64,000 nt of DNA from an uncultured cyanobacterium (lineage in GTDB: Bacteria > Cyanobacteriota > Cyanobacteriia > Cyanobacteriales > Nostocaceae). Under the pieces are notes generated by a model. It searched no databases and had not been told where the DNA came from. It worked only from the letters and a program-made list of their open reading frames with translations. Made by a program: the position numbers and the translations under genes. Below, one piece after another: positions 26,526 to 36,562 of this stretch. Every line of letters starts with the position of its first letter. Position 1 is the stretch's first letter. The stretch lies in assembly GCA_963740315.1 (NCBI GenBank), contig CAVUDP010000004.1, positions 704,001-768,000 on the forward strand, given 5' to 3'.

Positions 26526-29402
26526 TTATCTTGATTCAGCAGTTTCCACTCGGAAACGTTCCACGGAGGAAATCAAGTCGCGGGATACGCCCACTAGATG
26601 CTGCAAGGCTCCAGATACTCGTTGTGCTTCTTGAGAAGTTTCCTGTGCGGTTAATTCCACCGACTGCATTACTTGAGCAACAGCACGGGATGTTTCCGTT
26701 TGTTCCACAGTATCTGTAGTAATAGAACGCACTAGTATATCGATACGATTCGCAACTTGAATGATGTTTTCCAAGGAACGTTTTGCTTCTTCAGCCAATT
26801 TTGTACCTTTAATAACCTGTTGCGTACCTTCTTCCATTGCAGTCATTACAGAGCCGGTTTCGCTCTGAATTTGCATCACAATTTGTTCGATTTCCTTCAA
26901 AGATTTGGCAGACTTATCGGCAAGCTGACGTACCTCATCCGCAACAATGGCAAAACCCCGTCCCGATTCTCCCGCACGAGCAGCTTCAATACTGGCGTTT
27001 AAGGCTAACAAGTTAGTTCGAGAAGCAATCTGAGAAATCAAAGCGACGATTTTGGAAATTTCCTGGGAAGATTCCGCCAATCGTTTTACCTTACGAGTTG
27101 TTTCAGCAACAGTTTCTCTAATTTCCAAAATACCTGCCACAGTATTTTCCACCGCTTCGCCACCTTTAAGAGCAATTTCGCTCGCGTCGCGGGCTACTGC
27201 TTCGGCTTCTCTAGCAGCTTCGGCTACCCTTTGAATTGAATCAGTCATTACCTGCACGGAATTCAGGGTTACGGCTAATTCTTCTGCTTGTCGTAAAGCA
27301 TCGCTAGATAAAGCTCTGGCAAAAGTTTCGGAATTTGTTGCCCCTTTGGTAACTTCTCTTGCTGCAACCTTTACCTGTTGGACGATATCCCGGAGGTTTT
27401 GAATCGTCAGGTTGAAAGCATCGGCAACCGCTCCAAGTACGTCGGCTGTTACCTCTGCCTGCACCGTTAGATCGCCACGGGCTGCTCCTTCCACATCATC
27501 AAGCAACCGAATTACCTGGCGCTGTAAGTTTTCTTTGGCTTCTTCCTGTTCTTGAGCCTTGCGTGTAGCTTCATGGGTTGTTGTAAAAATCACCCGTGCC
27601 ATTTCATTAAAGCTAGCAGCTAAATGCCCGAATTCATCTTCCGAATAAACTGTGGCTTGAGCGCTCAAATTACCTTTACACACTGAATCGAACTGCGTTT
27701 GCAAATCTTCCGTCGTGCGGCGAACTTGTTTGAGAGTCAGGTGTCCCATTGCTCCTGCGGTAGCAAAACCAGCTGCTCCGGCTGCTAATGCCATTAACCA
27801 TCCCGTATTACGTATGGGTTCTCGCTCTGCTGGCGGACGAAAACTTGTCGCTGCAAAACTGACGACGGCTACTACTAAAGATGAGACAACACCCACCATT
27901 CCAGCAGTTAACCATTGTTTGTTTTTTAAAGGAGCATTTTCTAAGGCTGCAAAAGCTCCTTGTTCGACATTTACTTGAGCTTCTACCTTGGTATTATCAT
28001 TCTGAGTAAAAACTGGAACCGCTTCTTGGGAATTAGCAATACTAAAGAGTTCTGCATCCCTTTCCTCTACAGGAACATCATCTACACTGTCTCCAAATTC
28101 ATCCTCATTAGAACTGCTACTAATTTCGCTAGGAGGTAAGCTTTCTTGAATGTTATCGCCGCTTAAAGCACCATTAGTTCGCAGCGAACCAGAATTAAGC
28201 ATTACATTAGAAAAATCTGGGCTTCCCGCCGATAAATCAAATGCTGAAATATTTCCTAAATCATCAAATTCGTCAAAATCATCTAAGTATTCGATGTTGT
28301 TGGCATTATTGCCGCTGCTATTACTGGCTTTTGCAATACTTTTCGTATCTTCATTGTTAGTAGCAAAATCATCAGCACCAAAGACTTCTTCAAATGCATC
28401 TAAGTCAAAACTGTCATCGCCTATCTGCTGAATTTGTGGCGATTCTACAGCTTCTGGTGATTCTAGCTTATGTTCGTCTAAGTCTTCTTGATTTGCCTTT
28501 TCTTGAGAAAAATTAGGAGGAACATCTTCTAAACTACTTGCTTCTGAGAAAGAATTTTTAACTTGGCTATTATCTACTGAAAATTCATCATTAAAAAAAT
28601 TAGTTGGTAGACTAAAGCTTTCACTTTCCTCTCCAGGATTATCCTCGAAAAATAAATCTTCCTCTTGTAAGCTCCTGCTGGGCGGTAGTTCAGTTTGTGA
28701 AAACGAATTTTGCTTGGAACTATTATCTACTTCTGAATTTGAAAAAGGAGAATATTCCAATTGAGACTCTTTTGAATTATTTTCTGAGCCATCTTGTTGC
28801 CAGAAAGAAGGTAATTCAAGTTCGGGTTTTGAGGTTTCCCCGTCGTTACTTTTAGCAAAAGGATTATCGCCTAAATTATCCTCTTCTAAATTAGGTATAG
28901 CATCAAATATCTGACTATCAGAATCTACATCAAATGGACTCTTTGAAGACGATTCGTTTAACAAACCTGTAATTTCTTCGTCTTCATTTTTATCGAAAGA
29001 AGAAAAAGTGAAGTTATCGCCCTCCGAATTACTACTAGCACTGTAATCGAGCAAATCTTCAATCGGCTTATCTTCCTCATTTGAGGCATGAGCATCGTCA
29101 ACTTCGTAACTTTGAGCATCCGACTCAATTTGATAATTGCTGATATTTTCTAAACCATTACGAGCAAAACCAAGAATTTCTGGATCGCTAGTTAAATTCA
29201 ATACCGCCTGATATGCTTCTTCAGCTATATCAAACTTTTGTAATACATAATACACGTGTCCCTTCAGTAAAAAAACGTTCGGGTCTTGTGTCAAATGCTG
29301 CACTACTTGCTCAATTAGTTTAGCAGCGTCTTCATATTTTTGATTTACGTAGGCTTTGTAAGCCTGCTGATACATTTGTTCGTAATCTATACTTGGTGCC
29401 AT
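26526..29402 (-). CDS. hmpD: Methyl-accepting chemotaxis protein with N-terminal TPR (PilJ-like); HmpD
   Basis: RTNLLALNASIEAARAGESGRGFAIVADEVRQLA, HAMP domains and two TM helices; AGGAGG RBS before ATG 29402. Confidence 0.88.
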   Translation of the reverse strand: MAPSIDYEQMYQQAYKAYVNQKYEDAAKLIEQVVQHLTQDPNVFLLKGHVYYVLQKFDIAEEAYQAVLNLTSDPEILGFARNGLENISNYQIESDAQSYEVDDAHASNEEDKPIEDLLDYSASSNSEGDNFTFSSFDKNEDEEITGLLNESSSKSPFDVDSDSQIFDAIPNLEEDNLGDNPFAKSNDGETSKPELELPSFWQQDGSENNSKESQLEYSPFSNSEVDNSSKQNSFSQTELPPSRSLQEEDLFFEDNPGEESESFSLPTNFFNDEFSVDNSQVKNSFSEASSLEDVPPNFSQEKANQEDLDEHKLESPEAVESPQIQQIGDDSFDLDAFEEVFGADDFATNNEDTKSIAKASNSSGNNANNIEYLDDFDEFDDLGNISAFDLSAGSPDFSNVMLNSGSLRTNGALSGDNIQESLPPSEISSSSNEDEFGDSVDDVPVEERDAELFSIANSQEAVPVFTQNDNTKVEAQVNVEQGAFAALENAPLKNKQWLTAGMVGVVSSLVVAVVSFAATSFRPPAEREPIRNTGWLMALAAGAAGFATAGAMGHLTLKQVRRTTEDLQTQFDSVCKGNLSAQATVYSEDEFGHLAASFNEMARVIFTTTHEATRKAQEQEEAKENLQRQVIRLLDDVEGAARGDLTVQAEVTADVLGAVADAFNLTIQNLRDIVQQVKVAAREVTKGATNSETFARALSSDALRQAEELAVTLNSVQVMTDSIQRVAEAAREAEAVARDASEIALKGGEAVENTVAGILEIRETVAETTRKVKRLAESSQEISKIVALISQIASRTNLLALNASIEAARAGESGRGFAIVADEVRQLADKSAKSLKEIEQIVMQIQSETGSVMTAMEEGTQQVIKGTKLAEEAKRSLENIIQVANRIDILVRSITTDTVEQTETSRAVAQVMQSVELTAQETSQEAQRVSGALQHLVGVSRDLISSVERFRVETAESR

Positions 29403-29419
29403 TTGTTGCCTCCTTTCGG

Positions 29420-29950
29420 TTATCCAGCCCACCGGGCACTCCGTAAAATTGCCATTTGGTCGAGTAGCAGCAGACACCGAGTTTTTTGGGCATCTGTCAA
29501 CCACTCTCCTTTTAAAAACGGAGCCATACTATCCGGTACGTTGGTAGGCGCACTTAGATGCTGTACATCAAGCCAATCCATACCCCCGATTTCTTCAACT
29601 GCTAAGCCTACTATCGTGTCTTGTTCTTCAATTGCAATTACTGAAATTTCTGCCCTATCCGTATTTAATGGAGTTATTTCTCCAAGAAACTGACCTAAGT
29701 CAGCCACCCAAATTACTCGTCCGCGTAAATTTAGAGTACCCAAAAGTAAGGGAGAAGCATTAGGAATCGGGGTAATTCGATCGGGACTTAATTCAATTAC
29801 CTCCTTAATGCCAGTTGCCGGAAGTGCAAACTCCTGATGCGAAGGAATGAAAAACCTTAAATGTAACTCACCGTCCTTACTTTCTACTTCCAATTCCGGA
29901 CGGAACTCCTCTTGTCCGCTACTTCCGAACAAGTCCGGTTTGCTCTGCAT
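29420..29950 (-). CDS. hmpC: CheW-like protein; HmpC
   Basis: ITPIPNASPLLLGTLNLRGRVIWVADL. Confidence 0.88.
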   Translation of the reverse strand: MQSKPDLFGSSGQEEFRPELEVESKDGELHLRFFIPSHQEFALPATGIKEVIELSPDRITPIPNASPLLLGTLNLRGRVIWVADLGQFLGEITPLNTDRAEISVIAIEEQDTIVGLAVEEIGGMDWLDVQHLSAPTNVPDSMAPFLKGEWLTDAQKTRCLLLLDQMAILRSARWAG

Positions 29951-29963
29951 ATCTAAATCATCC

Positions 29964-30329
29964 TTATCCTCGCAGCAGTTGTTTGACTGTTCCCACCAAC
30001 TCAGTTGGCTGAAAAGGTTTGGCGATATAAGCATCCGCCCCTTGCTTCATTCCCCAGTAGCGATCGAATTCTTCCCCTTTGGAAGAACACATTACTACCG
30101 GCACATTTTGAGTTTTGGGATCGGACTTGAGCCGACGACAAACTTCATAACCATTCATTCGGGGCATGACGATATCTAAAACCACTAAATCGGGACAAAT
30201 ACTTTGAATTGTCTGTAGTGCCTCTAGTCCATCCGAAGCGTGAGTGACTGACAAGCCACTTGCTTTTAGGAGGTCTGTAATCATTTCCCTTTGCGCGATA
30301 CTATCTTCCACAATCAAGACTGTACTCAT
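29964..30329 (-). CDS. hmpB: Single-domain CheY/PilH-like response regulator; HmpB
   Basis: VLIVEDS, VVLDIVMPRMNGYEVCR, YIAKPF. Confidence 0.88.
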   Translation of the reverse strand: MSTVLIVEDSIAQREMITDLLKASGLSVTHASDGLEALQTIQSICPDLVVLDIVMPRMNGYEVCRRLKSDPKTQNVPVVMCSSKGEEFDRYWGMKQGADAYIAKPFQPTELVGTVKQLLRG

Positions 30330-30491
30330 AAATGTCTCATTACCTCCCGATGTAGATGTCCCGTGTAGGAACACTCCCTAATCTCCCCAAATCATCTTGT
30401 ATAAAATAACTATTTATTCACGGATTTACTAAGTATTTTGATAATTGGCTTAAATTCCAGTTCGTGATAATATTTTTTACCCTATATTTGC

Positions 30492-31718
30492 TTAAATCAA
30501 CAAGTACCGCATTCTAGGAGTTGGCGATCGCTCGGACTGGTTATTGAGATACTTTCTAATTAACAATAGCAATTCAGTTGACTCGAAAGGCTTTGTTAAA
30601 TAATCTGTAGCCCCTACCATGTTTGCCCTAACTCTATCGATATAGCTACTTTTAGCACTAAGCATAATAATCGGCACGAGGCGAAATGCGCTGGTGTGTC
30701 GCAACATCGCGCAAAGTTGGTAGCCATCCAAATCGGGCATCACAATATCGCATAAAATCAAATGCGGTTGGAGTTGAAAAACCCGGTTGAGTGCCTCTAA
30801 AGGATTAGTAAAGGCGATTGCATTATAGCCTTGGGGTTGCAAAATAGACTGCACCGTCTCGCAAATAACGGCTGCATCATCAATACATACTATGCCTTTT
30901 ATTGATTGATTTTGTTGGGAATGCTGCAAACTCGAATGGTTATGTGTCACGTACTTGTTTTCAATTGATACTATATGTATCAAACCCTGCTGTACGTAAG
31001 GATATATCGCTTTCGCCAGTGTCAAAACATCTCGATTAAGGAAACGAGCCAGCTGACGCAGGGAAGTTTTACCATCCGCCCAATGCTGTAGTTTCTCCAC
31101 CGTAGAAGAAGCCAAAGAGGAACGCAGACGCTCAACATCAGTCAATATAGGACATTGATCGGGAGACTGAATATAAGGATATAGCAGTTTCCACTCTTGC
31201 ACCTGTTTGAAAACTTTGTTGAGTAGAGGAGTAATTTCTATAGTAGTCAGTTGCGGGGTTAGCGGTTTGTCCAACTCAAAAATAAAATTGCCTTCATGTA
31301 AACTCAATAAGTCAAAAAGAGTTTCATGCACCAAGCCGTGGATGATACTACGAGCCTGAATGGGATTAATGATATCTTGTTCCAACAGTCTCCATAAATA
31401 GCCATACTCCGGTGCAAAAAGCGATTTGTCGGAATCCATTGTTGAATGTGTTTCTTCTGCTTGCAGATTAATTCGGTAATACCGCAAGTAATCGCGAAGA
31501 CGGAATACACTGCTATTCGCTTCTTGAGAGTATATTATTTGACCGTTGAGAAAAAAGACAAACCAAGTTCGAGGTAATGATTCCTCAGTATAATATTGGG
31601 CAAATTTATTACCGTTATGCGAACTATAAGCTTCAACAAACAGTAACCCCGTTCGCTGTCCCAACTCAATCAATTGCAGGATACTGCGTATATCAATCTC
31701 ACTTAAATTTCCCTGCAT
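30492..31718 (-). CDS. hmpA: PatA-family response regulator (PATAN + REC); HmpA
   Basis: MQGNLSEIDIRSILQLIELGQRTG N-terminus and a C-terminal receiver (LCDIVMPDLDGY). Confidence 0.85.
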   Translation of the reverse strand: MQGNLSEIDIRSILQLIELGQRTGLLFVEAYSSHNGNKFAQYYTEESLPRTWFVFFLNGQIIYSQEANSSVFRLRDYLRYYRINLQAEETHSTMDSDKSLFAPEYGYLWRLLEQDIINPIQARSIIHGLVHETLFDLLSLHEGNFIFELDKPLTPQLTTIEITPLLNKVFKQVQEWKLLYPYIQSPDQCPILTDVERLRSSLASSTVEKLQHWADGKTSLRQLARFLNRDVLTLAKAIYPYVQQGLIHIVSIENKYVTHNHSSLQHSQQNQSIKGIVCIDDAAVICETVQSILQPQGYNAIAFTNPLEALNRVFQLQPHLILCDIVMPDLDGYQLCAMLRHTSAFRLVPIIMLSAKSSYIDRVRANMVGATDYLTKPFESTELLLLIRKYLNNQSERSPTPRMRYLLI

Positions 31719-32202
31719 TTAACAATTAGGCACTCCTTGTTATCTAGTTTACATTCTTTGTTCATTGTGCCCAAGTTTTTCAATAGTTAACACTTATAAA
31801 TGAATAATTAGCTGAAAAAAAAGATAAAAGTAATGGGGACAAGGCTTTTATCTATTTATGTTTTTTATTTATAACTCAGTAGTTATCAAAATATAAGTTT
31901 TTTAAAAAAGTTTCTTGTATTTTTGTGTATATCTACGATCGCAGCATTTCAAAACAAATATTTCTTAACGATCGTGGTGGTGTTGGTAATAATACGGTAG
32001 CCATCCACAGCTACATAAGTACAAAATGTAGAGACACGATGGAAGTCGATTATAAAAAAAACCAATATGCCATTATTAATAGCGCATATTATATTTTCAC
32101 TAGTCTCCTAAAAGCTGATTTGAAGTGAAATAAGACAAATTAATGTCTTAATCTATCGTATAAATAAACACTTATTCAAGTACATCAATAAGGATTTGCG
32201 GT

Positions 32203-33939
32203 GTGCTGTATTTAGCTGAAGTACAAAAACAAAAGGGTGGCTTACTCGGTAGTGGAGCCAAAACTGAACTAAAACTGCTGGCTTGTCAACGCAATGACCA
32301 GAGTTGGAGTACGGTAAACGAGGAAGTAATTGCTGCTGAGGAAGCTAGTAAACTTTCGGATGGCGCACTTGTGCTAGCTGAACTTAATGCAACTCGTCAG
32401 GTACAGCGATTGCAAGAAGCTGGTCGTCCATTGGTTAATATTTTGCAGAATTTTTCCCGTCAACTGGAAAAATTTAAACTCAAAGAAGAAGAAATAGACC
32501 AGTGGAAAGAGTCGTTAACATTTCAAGGGCAGGAAATAAGCCGCCGTGAAATGGAATTGGAAGCACGGGAAGAAGAAGCGCGACAAATCCAAGAAGAGGC
32601 ACAAGGCATAGATGTAAAAATTCAAGAAGTTGAAAGTTCCCGTCAAGAAATTCAACAATTACAAGAAGAAATCGAACGCAGTCGTCAAGAACTTGAAGGT
32701 GCTTGGGAGCATTTGCGAGGCGAACAGCGTCGCTTGGAAGAAGTTAGTTCAGAAGTGCAGCCGGGAGCAGTTTTAGATGAAGAGCAAACAAAGGTAATTA
32801 GCGATTTACTAGAAAAACTCTCTAATAATATTCCTACACCCGAAAACGTTCGCGAACATCTGAATAATGCATTCGAGATGGTGGAAAGTCAGCAGGCTAT
32901 CCTCACTCCTCATTGGGAACAACTCGAAAAACAAAAAACCGAAGCTAACGAGCAGCAAGTAGAAGTTGAGCGTTTATTGCAGGAAGTGCAAGAAACTAAT
33001 TCTTCTCTACAGCAAGCTCAAGATTCCCTGTACGAACAAACAGTAGAGTTGAAGCTAAATACAGCTAGTCTTGAGAGCAAGCAAGATTACGTGCGGATGC
33101 TACAACAGCAATTGCGCGATCGCCAAGAATTAAAAGAGCAAGTTAATTCCTTTAGCGATTCTGGTAGTTCTAACGAAGAAGAATTTACTCTAGATTTTGA
33201 TGCGGAAGCTTTAAAAGATTTATCTACAGAAGAATTGCAACAAAATGTTGAAGACTTTCAGCACAAGTTAAATATTGACTCTAGCTTTGTTGAGGAACAA
33301 GAACAAGAACTTAACTATAAGCAAAAGACAATAGACGAACTCCAAGAAAAAATCAACCAGGGGAACGAAGAAAAACGTACTGCATTAGAGGAAGAACTTG
33401 CAGACGAAAAAGACAGTTACCAGATGCTCAACGAAACTTTAGTTGGGCAGCGTCGTAGTTTGGTAGAGCGTCAAGAGTCACTTCAACTGCATCAAACAGT
33501 ACTGCTTCAGCGAAAAAATAAAGCAAAGCAAAGTCGGAAATTAGATTTAAGTCCGATATTAAAGCAAATTGAACGAGGGCGAGAAAAGTATTCCGAGCAA
33601 CTCGAACAATTAGAAGCCCAAATCGAGCAAATGCGTAACAGCGTTCAACAAGCGCAGGAGACGATTGACACTCAAACCCAAGAACAGGATACCAAGCGTC
33701 AAGCATTGCAAGCAATGCAGGAAAATTTATCCGCCCTGCAAACTGCAAACGCTCAAATCTGGGCTAGAGTTAATCTTTATGAAGAGGCGCTTCAACCAAT
33801 ACAGGATTCCTTGGACAGTTTGCGACACAAGCTCGAAGCAATTAATGACGCTTTGACACAATTGCAGGAAGCTGGCGGTTATCAACACCAAGCGATTACA
33901 GATATGCGTTCTTCTATTGAGAATTTGATATCTCAGTAA
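32203..33939 (+). CDS. hmpF: Coiled-coil pilus motility protein HmpF
   Basis: MLYLAEVQKQKGGLLG...ELKLLACQR N-terminus followed by a long coiled coil; divergent from hmpA. Confidence 0.88.
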   Translation: MLYLAEVQKQKGGLLGSGAKTELKLLACQRNDQSWSTVNEEVIAAEEASKLSDGALVLAELNATRQVQRLQEAGRPLVNILQNFSRQLEKFKLKEEEIDQWKESLTFQGQEISRREMELEAREEEARQIQEEAQGIDVKIQEVESSRQEIQQLQEEIERSRQELEGAWEHLRGEQRRLEEVSSEVQPGAVLDEEQTKVISDLLEKLSNNIPTPENVREHLNNAFEMVESQQAILTPHWEQLEKQKTEANEQQVEVERLLQEVQETNSSLQQAQDSLYEQTVELKLNTASLESKQDYVRMLQQQLRDRQELKEQVNSFSDSGSSNEEEFTLDFDAEALKDLSTEELQQNVEDFQHKLNIDSSFVEEQEQELNYKQKTIDELQEKINQGNEEKRTALEEELADEKDSYQMLNETLVGQRRSLVERQESLQLHQTVLLQRKNKAKQSRKLDLSPILKQIERGREKYSEQLEQLEAQIEQMRNSVQQAQETIDTQTQEQDTKRQALQAMQENLSALQTANAQIWARVNLYEEALQPIQDSLDSLRHKLEAINDALTQLQEAGGYQHQAITDMRSSIENLISQ

Positions 33940-33984
33940 AAAGATGAAGTATCAAGGATGAACTATGGTTTTATCCTTTATTCT

Positions 33985-34968
33985 TCATCTTTTTTTTAAA
34001 CAAATATATTCACCATCTACCATAGCAATAGTACCTCCAGGAAATGGGTCAGTTTGCGATCGATTTGGTGCTGCAATCAAAGCGATCGTTTTTTCAATAT
34101 GCTCGAAATTGGGAGCATTCGGCATTATTTGTAGTAATACTTGCCTGATCGCACGTCTTTGCAACGCTAATGGTGCTTTCTGCAATACTTGACGATTCAA
34201 TCGTAATATCGTCTTATTTTCGCATTTTATTTGTGCCTTTTCTCGCAATTCCTCAGCAGCTTGTTCTAAATATTCAACTTCCGCTTGTAAAAGTTCTGCT
34301 GTTTGGGCTAAATTTGATTCTACTTTCGGGTTAAATTTTTCTTGTAAATACGGTACTAATTCCTGACGGATACGATTGCGAGCATATTTTAAATCGAGAT
34401 TTGTGGAATCAAACCAAACTTGCAATTGAAAATCTTCACAAAATTGACCTGTTTGGGTGCGGGTTACTTCTAAAAGCGGACGCACTAACATAATCTCATC
34501 ATTAAGTGGACGCTGCCAAGTCAAAGCCTGCAAACCATCCGCACCGCTACCGCGAATTAAATTGTAAAGCAAAGTTTCCGCCCTATCGGTTGCAGTGTGT
34601 CCCGTAATTATGTACTGATAATTATTTTTACGAGCAATTTGCTGTAAAACTTGATAGCGCCAATCTCTTGCTGCGGCTTCACTTGTCAACGATTTAGAAG
34701 CCGTTTCCAAATAAAAAGGTATACCCCATTTTTCGGCAAGTTTTTCTACATGATTAGCGTTTGCGTGGGAGTCATCGCGCCAACAATGGTCGCAATGAGC
34801 AATACCAACATACCATCCCCACTTTAGCTGTAAATCTAACATTAATTGAGTTAAACACAGAGAATCTTGTCCTCCAGAAACTGCAATTAACAACCTTCGA
34901 TCGCGTTTCAACAAACTACGCAAGCGGATAGTACGATGTATTTTTGCGTGTAAGGAAGTCCACACCAT
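33985..34968 (-). CDS. tilS: tRNA(Ile)-lysidine synthetase
   Basis: PP-loop AVSGGQDS, EAAARDWRY, TGHTATDRAETLL, RNRIR. The track's upstream extension is translated repeat DNA. Confidence 0.96.
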   Translation of the reverse strand: MVWTSLHAKIHRTIRLRSLLKRDRRLLIAVSGGQDSLCLTQLMLDLQLKWGWYVGIAHCDHCWRDDSHANANHVEKLAEKWGIPFYLETASKSLTSEAAARDWRYQVLQQIARKNNYQYIITGHTATDRAETLLYNLIRGSGADGLQALTWQRPLNDEIMLVRPLLEVTRTQTGQFCEDFQLQVWFDSTNLDLKYARNRIRQELVPYLQEKFNPKVESNLAQTAELLQAEVEYLEQAAEELREKAQIKCENKTILRLNRQVLQKAPLALQRRAIRQVLLQIMPNAPNFEHIEKTIALIAAPNRSQTDPFPGGTIAMVDGEYICLKKR

Positions 34969-34979
34969 TTGAATAGTTG

Positions 34980-35110
34980 GGAGTAGGGGGAGATGGGGAG
35001 AGGGGGAGAGGGGGGAGATGGGGAGACAAGGGGACAAGGAGAGGGGGAGACAAGGGGACAAGGGGACAAGGAGAATAAAAAACTCCTAACTGCTAACTGG
35101 TAACTGATAA
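34980..35110 (+). repeat. G-rich octamer repeats and TAACTG heptamers between tilS and ung
   Basis: GGGGAGAT/GGGGAGAG/GGGGACAA units. Confidence 0.85.
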
Positions 35111-35766
35111 TTGATTTCCGGTTTACCTGCTTGACGTAATGCTGAATTGATTTTTGAAAAAGGTTTGCTGCCAAAAAAGCCGTTGCGGGCGGAAAGTGGA
35201 GAGGGATGTGCCGATTGAACGATCGCGTGACGATTTGTATCTATTAATTTCAGCTTCTTTTTTGCATAGCCACCCCAAAGCACAAAAATTACAGATTCTT
35301 TCTGGTTAACTTTGCTAATTACTGCATCGGTGAAAGTTTCCCAACCTTTGTTTTTATGAGAATTGGGTGTATGTGCTTCTACGGTGAGTACGGCATTGAT
35401 CATCAGAATACCTTGTTTTGCCCACGGTACAAGATATCCATGATTGGGAATATCAAACCCAACATCCGAGTCAAGTTCTTTATAAATATTAACCAGCGAC
35501 GGCGGAATTTTAACACCAGGTTTTACTGAAAAGCATAACCCATGTGCTTGATTTTCTCCATGATAGGGATCTTGTCCGAGTATTAAAACATTTACTTGTT
35601 CTAATGGTGTAAGTTCAAACGCTGAAAATACATCTTCTTGTGGAGGATAGATAATTTTCGATTTTCGTTCCTCTGCGATAAAATTTTGCAATTCTTTGAA
35701 ATAGGGTTGATTACATTCTTCAGCGAGTGCCGTTTTCCAAGAATCAGGTAGTTGGGGAAAAGTCAT
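35086..35766 (-). CDS. ung: Uracil-DNA glycosylase, family 1
   Basis: GQDPYHG, IPPSLVNIYKEL, HPSPLS. Confidence 0.96.
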   Translation of the reverse strand: MTFPQLPDSWKTALAEECNQPYFKELQNFIAEERKSKIIYPPQEDVFSAFELTPLEQVNVLILGQDPYHGENQAHGLCFSVKPGVKIPPSLVNIYKELDSDVGFDIPNHGYLVPWAKQGILMINAVLTVEAHTPNSHKNKGWETFTDAVISKVNQKESVIFVLWGGYAKKKLKLIDTNRHAIVQSAHPSPLSARNGFFGSKPFSKINSALRQAGKPEINYQLPVSS

Positions 35767-35778
35767 CAAATTTTGGAT

Positions 35779-35826
35779 TTTAACAACGGATGCTTTTAAC
35801 AACGGATGCGTTTAACAACGGATGCG
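35779..35826. repeat. 16-bp direct repeat x3 immediately upstream of ung
   Basis: TTTAACAACGGATGC(T/G) at 35779, 35795 and 35811. Confidence 0.9.
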
Positions 35827-35927
35827 TTTGGTTTGTTTTAGATTCTGGATTATACAGCACTTCTAAATCCGGAAGTAAGAATTAAGAAACCCAATTTTGC
35901 TTGTTCTAACTATTCCCTATTCCAAAA

Positions 35928-36440
35928 CTATAAAACAAAATGACTAACTAACGCTGCAAGTTCCATCAGATAATCCCAGGTTTGAGAACCAATTATTCCA
36001 TCTACTACAAGTTGTTTATCATTTTGAAAAGATTTAACTGCTACTTGAGTTCGATCGCCAAATACGCCATCGATTTTTCCAAAGTAGTAGCCGTCGAAGC
36101 CCAGAGTTTCTTGAATAAAAGGAGAAAATTTAAGAAGGCTTTGGACTTTAGCAACATCATCACAGTAACTACCGCGATACAACAAAGGTAAATCGGGACG
36201 TTGACTGATGTAAAGCGCTTCCCACGTGACAACTCCAACAACGCCATCCTGCTTTAAAAAAGTACGATACTGAAATATTTCTACTGCTAGTAAGGTTATT
36301 TCATCAAATACACCGTCAATTACAAGACTTTCAACGTCGGGTACTCTTTTTATTAAGAATTTTTGCAATTGTTTTACATAATCCCCAGTAGCACCAAATT
36401 TTAAGGTAGGTTGTTTGATTTGAATGGAACTTTGAATCAT
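35928..36440 (-). CDS. Protein with two peptidoglycan-binding domains
   Basis: Two LxxG..G..V..LQ..L...DGxF...T..AV..FQ....L..DG.(V/I)G..TW repeats. Confidence 0.88.
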   Translation of the reverse strand: MIQSSIQIKQPTLKFGATGDYVKQLQKFLIKRVPDVESLVIDGVFDEITLLAVEIFQYRTFLKQDGVVGVVTWEALYISQRPDLPLLYRGSYCDDVAKVQSLLKFSPFIQETLGFDGYYFGKIDGVFGDRTQVAVKSFQNDKQLVVDGIIGSQTWDYLMELAALVSHFVL

Positions 36441-36562
36441 GAATCTCTCCCGATCATTCTTTTGTGTTATAGAACATCAAGTTGATGATTGAAGATTCCG
36501 TAGATTAAAAAGGTACACAAACGGGTACTTTTTATAAGTGCATCTATAAAAATGGGAATTCA

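Noticed and set aside
21553..29693. Numerous short antisense ORFs within hmpE and hmpD
   Set aside because: Shadow ORFs opposite long, well-supported genes.
31925..32128. 67-aa ORF between hmpA and hmpF
   Set aside because: Lies in an AT-rich divergent promoter region with no supporting motif or RBS.
34969..35061. Pro/Ser-rich N-terminal extension of TilS
   Set aside because: It is translated repeat DNA; the true start is most likely ATG at 34968.
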